64,000 nucleotides of DNA, from NCBI GenBank assembly GCA_944385665.1, contig CALWYB010000006.1:180-64179 (forward strand). The letters run 5' to 3'. Shown piece by piece: positions 55,332-64,000 of this stretch (its first letter is position 1; the number at the start of each line of letters is the position of its first letter). This stretch comes from an uncultured Oscillospiraceae bacterium (GTDB lineage Bacteria; Bacillota; Clostridia; Oscillospirales; Oscillospiraceae). Below the pieces are notes generated by a model. It searched no databases and was not told where the DNA came from. It saw nothing but the letters and a program-made list of their open reading frames with translations. The position numbers and the translations under genes are program-made.

Positions 55332-55359
55332 ATTATATGGATTTTCTCCCCAATGTCAA
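55332..55359 (-). promoter_or_regulatory. Candidate sigma-A promoter reading toward the MATE gene
   Basis: Minus strand: TTGACA (55359-55354), 16-nt spacer, TATAAT (55337-55332). Confidence 0.55.
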
Positions 55360-55384
55360 GGGAGAAAGTGCCGAAAATAGCCCC

Positions 55385-56601
<1,217 letters not shown>

Positions 56602-56602
<1 letters not shown>

Positions 56603-57861
56603 CAGTCCACCAGCACCGGGTTGTGGTTCTCGCTGCGGGGCAGGCCGTACTGGTCCAGAGCGTCCAGGAAGGGATCGGGATCAAACTCCTCCACGGTGTG
56701 CACGCCCTTCTGGGTCCACTTGCCGGTGAGCAGCATGAGGGCGCCGCACATGGCGGGCACGCCGGTGGTGTAGCTGATGGCCTGGCTGGCCACCTCCTTG
56801 TAGCACTCCTGGTGGTCGCACACGTTGTAGATGTAGTAGGTCTTGTCCTTGCCGTCCTTCTTGCCGGTGAAGATGCAGCCGATGTTGGTCTTGCCGTGGG
56901 TGCGGGGACCCAGGCTGGCGGGATCGGGCAGCAGGGCCTTCAGGAACTTGATGGGCACGATCTGGTGGCCCTCAAACTCGATGGGGGTGGTGGACAGCAT
57001 GCCCACGTTCTCCAGGCACTTCATGTGGGTGAGGTAGCTCTGGCCGAAGGTCATGAAGAAGCGGATGCGACGTACCTCCGGGATGTTCTCGGCCAGGGAC
57101 TCGATCTCCTCGTGGTGCAGGAGGTACATGTCCTTCTCCCCCACCTGGTCGAAGTTGTACTCCCGCTTGATGCTCATGGCGGGGATCTCCACCCAGTGGC
57201 CGTTCTCCCAGTAGGAGCCGGGGGCGGACACCTCCCGCAGGTTTACCTCGGGGTTAAAGTTGGTGGCGAAGGGGTAGCCGTGGTCGCCGCCGTTGCAGTC
57301 CAGGATGTCAATGGTGTCGATGGTGTCAAACTCGTGCTTCTTGGCGTAGGCGCAGTAGGCCTGGGTGACGCCCGGGTCGAAGCCGCAGCCCAGCAGAGCG
57401 GTGAGGCCCGCCTTCTCGAACTTCTCCCGATAGGCCCATTGCCAGGTGTAATCGAAGTAGGCCGAAAAACCCTTCTCCTTGCAGCGCTTCTCATAGGCGG
57501 CCTTCCACTCCGGCTCCTCGATGTCCTCGGGCTCGTAGTTGGCGGTGTCCATGTAGTTGACGCCGCACTCCAGGCAGGCATCCATGATGGTCAGATCCTG
57601 GTAGGGCAGGGCGATGTTCATCACCAGGTCGGGCTGGTAGCTTTTAATGAGGGCGACCACCTCGTCCACCTTGTCGGCGTCCACCTGGGCGGTGGTGATC
57701 TTGGTGGCGGTCTTGCCCGCCAGCTCCTGGGCCAGCTTGTCGCACTTGGACTTGGTGCGGCTGGCGATGCACAGCTCGGTGAACACGTCGCTGACCTGGC
57801 AGCACTTGCGGATGGCTACGTTGGCCACGCCGCCGCAGCCGATGACTAAGACTCTGCTCAT
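56602..57861 (-). CDS. Carboxy(nor)spermidine dehydrogenase/synthase (saccharopine dehydrogenase family)
   Basis: 419 aa. MSRVLVIGCGGVANVAI Rossmann start, ALPYQDLTIMDACLECGVNYMDTANYEP, GCGFDPGVT. Confidence 0.9.
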
Positions 57862-57912
57862 ATTGTTTCTCCTTTTATGTTAAAAAATAGTAGGGTTTTT
57901 GCTATTTGGGTC

Positions 57913-58767
57913 TCACTTACTCAGGGCCAGCAGCAGCTCCCGCAGCACCTTGCAGGCGGTGGCGGTGGACACACCGCTCTGGTCCAGCATGGGGGCCAGC
58001 TCGTTTACATCGGCCCCCACCACGCGGGTCTGTGCCACCAGCTGGATGGCCTCCAGCAGCTGGGGGAAGGTAACACCCCCCGCCTCGGGGGTGCCGGTGC
58101 CGGGGAAGACAGAGGGGTCCAGGCAGTCCAGGTCGATGGTGAAATACACCGGGGTGCCGCTGAGGGCCAGCCACCGGGTCAGCTCCTCCAGCCCCTCAAA
58201 GTCAAAGGGGTGCAGGTGGGTGTGGCCCTTAGCGAAGCGGAACTCCTCCCGGTCGCCGCTGCGGATGCAGAACTGGTGGATGCGCTCGTCTCCCACCAGC
58301 TCGTGGCAGCGGCGGATGACGCAGGCGTGGCTCAGCTTGGCCCCCAAGTAGTCCTCCCGCAGGTCGGCGTGGGCGTCAAAGTGGATGATATGCACCTCAG
58401 GATAGTGCTTGTGGACGGCCCGGAAGCTGCCCAGGGTCACCAGGTGCTCCCCGCCCAGCAGCAGGGGCAGCTTGCCCGCGGACAGAATCTCCTCCGAGCG
58501 CGCCTCAATGTCCTGAAGGGCCATCTCCGCGCTGCCAAAGCACAGCTCCAGATCGCCGCTGTCGAAAATGGGGTAGTCGGTCAAATCCTTGTCCTGGTAG
58601 GGACTATAGGTCTCCAGGCCGAAGCTCTCGTGGCGCATGGCGGCGGAGCCGAACCGGGCGCCGGGGCGGAAGCTGGTGGTGGAGTCAAAGGGGGCGCCGA
58701 AGAGGACGATCTTCGCCTCTTCAAAACTGCTGTCGCAGCCGATAAAGGTCTCAATATTCGGGTTCAT
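57913..58767 (-). CDS. speB: Agmatinase / ureohydrolase family protein
   Basis: ORF trimmed to the ATG at 58767 (TAATG overlap with the speE stop). Mn-binding blocks IHFDAHADLR, TIDLDCLDP and GADVNELAP. Confidence 0.9.
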   Translation of the reverse strand: MNPNIETFIGCDSSFEEAKIVLFGAPFDSTTSFRPGARFGSAAMRHESFGLETYSPYQDKDLTDYPIFDSGDLELCFGSAEMALQDIEARSEEILSAGKLPLLLGGEHLVTLGSFRAVHKHYPEVHIIHFDAHADLREDYLGAKLSHACVIRRCHELVGDERIHQFCIRSGDREEFRFAKGHTHLHPFDFEGLEELTRWLALSGTPVYFTIDLDCLDPSVFPGTGTPEAGGVTFPQLLEAIQLVAQTRVVGADVNELAPMLDQSGVSTATACKVLRELLLALSK

Positions 58768-59618
58768 TACTCTACTTCCTCCAACATCTCCTCCAGAAAC
58801 GCGGGCAGGAAGAAGGCTCCCGCGTGGAGGCGGACGGTATAATACTTGGTTTTCAGGTGCAGTTTCAGCCACTTCTCCCGGTCGAAGTCGTCGATGGGGT
58901 GGTACTTCTTGCTGGCAAAGCCGAAGAGCCAATACCCCGCGGCGTAGGTGGGGATATGGGCCTGGTAGACCCGGCTGATGGGGAAGGTGCTGACGATGCG
59001 CTTGTGGCTGCGCTGCATGGCCTGGGCGTCGTGGCGGTAGAAGGGGCTGCCCTGTTGGTTGACCATGATCCCGTCATCCTTCAGGGCGTTGTAGCAGATG
59101 CCATAGAACTCCCGGGTGAAGTAGCCCTCCGAGGGGCCGAAGGGGTCGGTGGAGTCCACGATGATGAGATCGTACTGGGCCTTCCGGCGGCGGATGAAGC
59201 GCAGGGCGTTGTCAAAGTAGATGTGTACCCGCTTGTCGTCCAGACGGCAGGCGTTTTCCGGCAGGTACTGGCGGCAGGCGCTGACCACGTCCTCGTCCAT
59301 CTCCACCAGGTCGATGGACTGGATGCACTCATACCGGGCCAGCTCCTTCACCACGCCCCCGTCCCCCGCGCCGATGACCAGCACGTCCTGGACGTTGGGG
59401 TGGACGGCCATGGGCACGTGGGTGATCATCTCGTCGTAGATGAACTCGTCCCGCTCGGTGAGCATGACGTTGCCGTCCAGGGTGAGCACCTTGCCGAACT
59501 CCGGGGTGTCGTAGATGTCGATCTGCTGGTAGTCGCTCTTCTTGGAGTAGAGGTGCCGGTCCACCCGCAGGCTGTGCTTCACGTCGGGGGTATGAAATTC
59601 ACTGAACCACAGTTCCAT
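58767..59618 (-). CDS. speE: Spermidine synthase-like aminopropyltransferase
   Basis: 283 aa. LWFSE, YQQIDIYDTPEFGKVLTLDG, ERDEFIYDEM, VLVIGAGDGGVVKE and IIVDSTDP are canonical SpeE blocks. Confidence 0.92.
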   Translation of the reverse strand: MELWFSEFHTPDVKHSLRVDRHLYSKKSDYQQIDIYDTPEFGKVLTLDGNVMLTERDEFIYDEMITHVPMAVHPNVQDVLVIGAGDGGVVKELARYECIQSIDLVEMDEDVVSACRQYLPENACRLDDKRVHIYFDNALRFIRRRKAQYDLIIVDSTDPFGPSEGYFTREFYGICYNALKDDGIMVNQQGSPFYRHDAQAMQRSHKRIVSTFPISRVYQAHIPTYAAGYWLFGFASKKYHPIDDFDREKWLKLHLKTKYYTVRLHAGAFFLPAFLEEMLEEVE

Positions 59619-61087
59619 CAGCCCACCTCCTGGGTCAGAATGTTGATGTGCTCAATGTCCGGGTCCTCGGTACCCGTCATGGAGCAGCCCTTGGCCTTGG
59701 CATACTGGATGTACTCCAGAATCTCCTTGGTGATCCGCTCCCCGGGGGCCAGGATGGGGATGCCCGGGGGATAGCACATGACAAACTCGCTGCACACCGC
59801 ACCCACACTTTCCTCCAGGGGGACGCTGCGCTTGTCAGCGTAGAAGGCCTCCTGGGGACTGGTGACCACCTCGGGGTCAATGTACTCCTGGTTCATCAGG
59901 CCGCTGCTGTCGGTCTGGTAGCGGCGGCGGATCTCCGCCAGGGCGCTCACCAGCCGCTCCAACTCCTGGTACCGGTCGCCGATGGACAGGTAGGCCAGGA
60001 TGTTGCCGATGTCGCCGAACTCGATCTGGATGTCGTACTCGTCCCGGAGCAGGTCATAGACCTCGATGCCCGCCAGGCCGATGTCCCGGGTGTGGACGGA
60101 GAGTTTCGTCGGGTCAAAGTCGAAGATGGAGTCCCCGTTGATCAGCTCCCGGCCGAAGGCGTAGTAGCCGCCCACAGCGTTAATTTCCTCCCGGGCGTAC
60201 TCCGCCATGGCCACCACCTGGCGGAACACCTTCTTGCCCCGCAGGGCCAGGTTCCGGCGGCTGATGTCCAGGCTGGACATGAGCAGGTAGCTGCCGGAGG
60301 TGGTCTGGGTCAGGTTGATGATTTTGCGCACGTGGCCCTCCTGGATGGCGGGGCCGGTGAGCAGCAGGCTGGACTGGGTGAGGCTGCCGCCGCTTTTGTG
60401 CATGGACACCGCCGCCATATCCGCTCCGGCGGCCATGGCGGACACGGGCATGGCCTCGCCGAAGTAGAAGTGGGTGCCGTGGGCCTCGTCGGCCAGGCAG
60501 TACATCCCCGCCTCGTGGGCCATCTTCACGATGGAGCGCAGGTCGGAGCAGATGCCGTAGTAGGTGGGGTTGTTCACCAGCACGGCCACTGCGTCTGGAT
60601 TCTCCCGGATGGCCTTGGCCACCTGCTCCCGCTTCATCCCTAAGGAGATGCCCAGGCGGTGGTCCACCTCCGGGTTCACATACACCGGAATGGCGCCGCA
60701 CAGCACCAGGGCGTTGATGACGCTGCGGTGGACGTTGCGGGGCATGATGATCTTGTCCCCCCGCTTGCACACCGAGAGCACCATGGTCTGCACCGAGCTG
60801 GTGGTGCCCCCCACCATCAAAAAGGCGTGGGCCGCCCCGAAGGCGTCGGCGGCCAGCTCCTCCGCCTGGCGGATGACCGAGATGGGGTGACACAGGTTGT
60901 CCAGGGGCTTCATGCTGTTTACGTCGATGCTGACGCACTGCTCCCCCAGAAACTCGGTGAGCTCCGGGTTGCCCCGGCCCCGCTTGTGGCCGGGCACGTC
61001 GAAGGGCACCACCCGCATCTGCCGGAAGGTTTGCAGGGCCTCATAAATGGGGGCCCGGTTTTGATCCAGAATTCGCTCGTTTTCCAT
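59618..61087 (-). CDS. speA: Orn/Lys/Arg decarboxylase family (Bacillus SpeA-type arginine decarboxylase, PLP fold I)
   Basis: ORF trimmed to the ATG at 61087. FDVPGHKRG, MVGGTTSSVQTM, ADEAHGTHF and SMHKSGGSLTQSS (PLP lysine). Substrate specificity cannot be determined from sequence alone. Confidence 0.85.
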   Translation of the reverse strand: MENERILDQNRAPIYEALQTFRQMRVVPFDVPGHKRGRGNPELTEFLGEQCVSIDVNSMKPLDNLCHPISVIRQAEELAADAFGAAHAFLMVGGTTSSVQTMVLSVCKRGDKIIMPRNVHRSVINALVLCGAIPVYVNPEVDHRLGISLGMKREQVAKAIRENPDAVAVLVNNPTYYGICSDLRSIVKMAHEAGMYCLADEAHGTHFYFGEAMPVSAMAAGADMAAVSMHKSGGSLTQSSLLLTGPAIQEGHVRKIINLTQTTSGSYLLMSSLDISRRNLALRGKKVFRQVVAMAEYAREEINAVGGYYAFGRELINGDSIFDFDPTKLSVHTRDIGLAGIEVYDLLRDEYDIQIEFGDIGNILAYLSIGDRYQELERLVSALAEIRRRYQTDSSGLMNQEYIDPEVVTSPQEAFYADKRSVPLEESVGAVCSEFVMCYPPGIPILAPGERITKEILEYIQYAKAKGCSMTGTEDPDIEHINILTQEVG

Positions 61088-61100
61088 TGGCCGACACCTC

Positions 61101-61143
61101 AACAAAAACAAAAAAACACAAGCTGTATTTACACAGCTTGTGT
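61101..61143 (-). terminator. Intrinsic terminator located between a promoter and the first gene of the polyamine operon (attenuator)
   Basis: Minus strand: ACACAAGCTGT-gtaaat-ACAGCTTGTGT (11-bp perfect stem, 61143-61116), then TTTTTTTGTTTTTGTT. The speA ATG follows 14 nt later. Confidence 0.75.
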
Positions 61144-61464
61144 TTTGGTCAAGTCACGATAATCCGGCAGCATCCGACACCTGAGGCGCGGATTTCCCCC
61201 TGAGCGGAGGGAAGCTGGCACATGATTTTGGTACTGAGAGTCTATATAGCAACAAGATACTTTTACTACTCTTATTGACCGTTTCACAAGTCTGCGCAAA
61301 CACGCATTTCGGTTATAAAGGAACCAACTTATAAAATTTGAGCTTTTAACTCCATCAATAAGGCGGTGACCCGCCAATCGGCAGTGGACCCGGCTGTCCG
61401 TATGGCCTTGACTCCCCGCGGGAGTGGTCCCAGTATGCTTGGCCAGATAAACTCCAGTCAAATT
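61144..61464 (-). promoter_or_regulatory. Long non-coding 5' leader of the polyamine operon (candidate riboswitch or attenuator; class not recognised)
   Basis: About 320 nt between the promoter and the terminator. GC-rich structured ends flank an AT-rich centre. No ORF with an RBS. It is bounded by a divergent gene, so it cannot be a 3' UTR. Confidence 0.5.
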
Positions 61465-61470
61465 ATCAAA

Positions 61471-61499
61471 AATATAGCATGAGAACGGAAATCTGTCAA
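61471..61499 (-). promoter_or_regulatory. Strong sigma-A promoter candidate for the polyamine operon
   Basis: Minus strand: TTGACA (61499-61494), 17-nt spacer, TATATT (61476-61471). Confidence 0.6.
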
Positions 61500-61611
61500 T
61501 CCTTTTTCCAACTTCTCTTGCCAAAGTCCGGTTTTCCCCTTACAATGAGGAACTGCACGGGCCGGGCTCCGGCCTGCCCTGTCATCCTCTGCTGTGAAGG
61601 AGTCTTCCGCC

Positions 61612-63093
61612 ATGAGCGACCCACTGACCAAGGCCCGGACCTATGAGGCCGGCCGCGAATCCCAGATCTCCCCTGCCCAGCGCCCCGGCTTTCACCTCTC
61701 CCCCCGGGTGGGCTGGATGAACGACCCCAACGGATTTTCCTGGTATGGCGGCCAATACCACCTCTTCTACCAATATAACCCCTACGACACCGTGTGGGGA
61801 CCCATGCACTGGGGCCACGCAGTGAGCCGGGACCTGCTGCACTGGCAGTTCCTCCCCGCCGCGCTGGCCCCCGACACCCCGCCCGACCAGGACGGCTGCT
61901 TCTCCGGCAGCGCCGCAGCGCTGCCCGACGGCCGCCACCTGCTGCTGTACACCGGCGTGCGCCGGAAGGCGGGCACCGACCAGTTTTTCCAGACCCAGTG
62001 TCTGGCGGTGGGCGACGGGGTAAACTACGAAAAATATTCCGGCAACCCGGTGCTGGATCAAACCGTCCTGCCCCAGGGGGCCTGTCCCTACGACTTCCGG
62101 GACCCCAAACTGTGGCAGAAGGCCGACGGTACCTTCCGCTGTGTGGCAGGCGCCCGTCTGGACGGCGGCAGCGGCAGCATCCTGCGCTTTCGCAGCCGGG
62201 ACGGCTTCCACTGGGAGCCCGACGGCATTCTGGAGGAAAACCGCCTGGGGTACGGCTGTATGTGGGAGTGTCCCGACTATTTTTCCCTGGACGGCAAACA
62301 GGTGCTGCTGGTCAGCATCGTAGGCGCCCAGGATGTGCCGGTGGACGGCGTGGAGCTGCCCCCCGGAAACCATGTGCTGTGTCTCATGGGCCATGAGGGG
62401 CCCGACGGCCGCTTCCGGCAGGAGTCCCTCCAGGCGGTGGACTGCGGTCTGGATTTCTACGCCAGCCAGACCCTGCTCTCCCCCGACGGCCGCCGCATCC
62501 TGGTGGGCTGGATGCAGAGCTGGAGTGCCCTGGACCACCGCTCCCCCCAGCCTCTCCCCTGGTTCGGCCAGATCACCCTGCCCCGGGAGTTGTCCCTAAG
62601 AGAGGGGCGGCTCATCCAGGTCCCCATCCGGGAGCTGGACGCCCTGCGGGGTCCCGCTCAAATTGCGGACACCCTCCGGGTGGAGGGGGAGCAGCTGCTG
62701 GAGGCCGTCCAGGGCTCCATGCTGGACCTCACTCTGGAGGCCGCCCCTGGGGAAACGGAACCCCTCTATGAATCCCTCTCCCTGGCCTTCACCTGGGGGG
62801 AGACCGACTGCGTCCGGATCACCTTCTCCCCCGCCCCGTCCACCCTCCGCCTGGAGCGCTCCGGCTCCGGCTCCCACGCCTGGACCCACACCCGCACCTG
62901 CCGGGTGGAGAACCGGGGTGGCCGGGTGAAGCTGCGGGCCATCCTGGACCGGTACAGCCTGGAGCTGTTTGTCAACGACGGCCAGCAGGTCCTCTCCTGC
63001 GTGCTGTATCCTCCCCAGGCCTTCCAGCGGATGCGTCTGGACGTCCGGGGTTCGGCGGCGGTTCGGGTGGAGAGCTACCCCCTTCTGCCCTGA
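61612..63093 (+). CDS. GH32 beta-fructofuranosidase / sucrose-6-phosphate hydrolase
   Basis: ATG at 61612, 9 nt after GAAGGAG; the track start is 61594. WMNDPNG, FYQYNP, FSGSA, RDP and WECPD are the GH32 catalytic blocks. Confidence 0.9.
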   Translation: MSDPLTKARTYEAGRESQISPAQRPGFHLSPRVGWMNDPNGFSWYGGQYHLFYQYNPYDTVWGPMHWGHAVSRDLLHWQFLPAALAPDTPPDQDGCFSGSAAALPDGRHLLLYTGVRRKAGTDQFFQTQCLAVGDGVNYEKYSGNPVLDQTVLPQGACPYDFRDPKLWQKADGTFRCVAGARLDGGSGSILRFRSRDGFHWEPDGILEENRLGYGCMWECPDYFSLDGKQVLLVSIVGAQDVPVDGVELPPGNHVLCLMGHEGPDGRFRQESLQAVDCGLDFYASQTLLSPDGRRILVGWMQSWSALDHRSPQPLPWFGQITLPRELSLREGRLIQVPIRELDALRGPAQIADTLRVEGEQLLEAVQGSMLDLTLEAAPGETEPLYESLSLAFTWGETDCVRITFSPAPSTLRLERSGSGSHAWTHTRTCRVENRGGRVKLRAILDRYSLELFVNDGQQVLSCVLYPPQAFQRMRLDVRGSAAVRVESYPLLP

Positions 63094-63110
63094 TTTGACC
63101 CCTTTTTGCC

Positions 63111-63150
63111 AAAAAGCCGGCAGACACCGCGGTGTCTGCCGGCTTGTTTC
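63111..63150. terminator. Bidirectional terminator between GH32 and glgA
   Basis: AAAAAGCCGGCAGACACC-gc-GGTGTCTGCCGGCTT followed by GTTTCGTT. Confidence 0.8.
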
Positions 63151-63165
63151 GTTATGTAGTTCCCA

Positions 63166-64000
63166 TTACCACGGAGTCAGCTCCAGGTACAGGTCCTTAT
63201 ACTGCTTGGCCGAGTTCTCCCAGGACACGTCCTTGGCCATATCCCGCTGGACCACCTCGTCCCAGTGGTAGCGGTTGGTGAAGTAGAGGGTCTTGGCCCG
63301 GTTGATGGCGTCCAGCAGCAGGCCCGCGTCGTAGCGGTCGAAGGTGAAGCCGTTGCCGTCGCCGGTGTACTCGTTGTAGGGCTGCACCGTGTCCTTCAGG
63401 CCGCCGGTCTCCCGGACGATAGGCAGGGTGCCGTAGTGCATGGCGTTGAGCTGGGTGAGACCGCAGGGCTCAAAGCGGGAGGGCACCAGCAGGGCGTCGG
63501 CGCCGGCGTAGATGCGGTGGGCACGGGCCTCGTCATACTGGATGCAGGCGCAGAAGGTGCCCTTATAGGACCCCTCGTAGAAGCGGAAGGCGTCCTCGTA
63601 CTGCTTGTCGCCGGTGCCCAGCACCACCACCTGGGTGTTGCCGTCCAGGATCTGAGGCACGATGGCGTTGACCAGATCCAGGCCCTTCTGGTTGGTGAGC
63701 CGGGAGATCAGGCCGATGACAAACTTGCCCGTGTCCTGCTCCAGGCCCAGCTCCTGCTGGAGGGCCAGCTTGTTGGCCATCTTGTGGTCCAGCACATTGC
63801 CCAGGCCGTAGTTCTCCGCCAGGGCGGGGTCGGTCTCCGGGTTCCACATGCCGTAGTCGATGCCGTTGACGATGCCCCGGAGCTTGCCGCTGTGGTAGCG
63901 CAGGTGGTCCTCCAGGCCCTCGCCGTACTCGCTGGTCTGGATCTCCCAGGCGTAGGTGCCGCTGACGGTGGTGATGCGGTCGGCGTAGGCCAGGCCGCCC
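63166..64000 (-). CDS. glgA: Glycogen synthase (partial; N-terminus lies right of the window)
   Basis: The reading frame is open to the window edge. GGLAYADRITTVSGTYAWEIQT...GIVNGIDYGMWNPETD...LISRLTNQKGLDL...VVLGTGD...VPSRFEPCGLTQLNAMHYGTLPIVRETGGLKDTV. Confidence 0.92.
   Translation of the reverse strand, partial: GGLAYADRITTVSGTYAWEIQTSEYGEGLEDHLRYHSGKLRGIVNGIDYGMWNPETDPALAENYGLGNVLDHKMANKLALQQELGLEQDTGKFVIGLISRLTNQKGLDLVNAIVPQILDGNTQVVVLGTGDKQYEDAFRFYEGSYKGTFCACIQYDEARAHRIYAGADALLVPSRFEPCGLTQLNAMHYGTLPIVRETGGLKDTVQPYNEYTGDGNGFTFDRYDAGLLLDAINRAKTLYFTNRYHWDEVVQRDMAKDVSWENSAKQYKDLYLELTPW

Noticed and set aside
61129-61524. 131-aa minus-strand ORF upstream of speA as the missing speD/speH
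   Set aside because: It spans the promoter and the terminator, has no RBS, and is AT-rich and rich in rare residues. It bears no resemblance to the pyruvoyl AdoMetDC proenzyme. The region is better explained as an RNA leader.

Overview
GC-rich, sporulating Firmicute (Clostridia-like) chromosomal segment. The assignment is an inference from gpr, SLH-domain proteins, Gram-positive RBS and promoter signals, and G/C-biased third codon positions. About 45 genes are supported.

Gene content, left to right:
- End of the S10 ribosomal operon (rplC partial, rpsJ).
- niaR with an orphan PTS-EIIC-like permease.
- proS, and an alanine/glycine:cation symporter.
- An OmpR/HK two-component pair, a MATE pump and a BceAB-like ABC pair.
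- gpr, rpsT, and a YihY-family protein.
- A 1,597-aa multidomain protein: HD + helical repeats + NadD-like nucleotidyltransferase + PRTase-like.
- An LDH-like protein and a flavoprotein.
- M23 and M16 peptidases.
- A trmO / MoxR-AAA / VWA operon.
- A cell-surface cluster: ASST, a lipoprotein, and an SLH-CAP protein.
- A large LacI-controlled ABC + cytoplasmic glycosidase locus (GH43, GH2, GH1, GH31 and a frameshifted GH2-like gene) with a divergent D-lyxose isomerase.
- A second MATE pump.
- A five-gene polyamine operon (speA-speE-speB-CANSDH-nspC).
- A GH32 hydrolase and the 3' part of glgA.

Most unusual observations:
1. The giant fusion protein.
2. Two families of hairpin-rich mosaic intergenic repeats that fill three long gaps (about 1286-2028, 22424-23000, 26242-26908). 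One copy has MITE-like terminal inverted repeats of about 118 nt.
3. A leader of about 370 nt, with a promoter and an intrinsic terminator, in front of the polyamine operon.
4. A perfect 17+17 bp palindrome between niaR and the EIIC-like gene.

I recognised no rRNA, tRNA, CRISPR array, transposase or integrase. Many long ORFs in the track are antisense or shadow ORFs typical of GC-rich DNA and are rejected.
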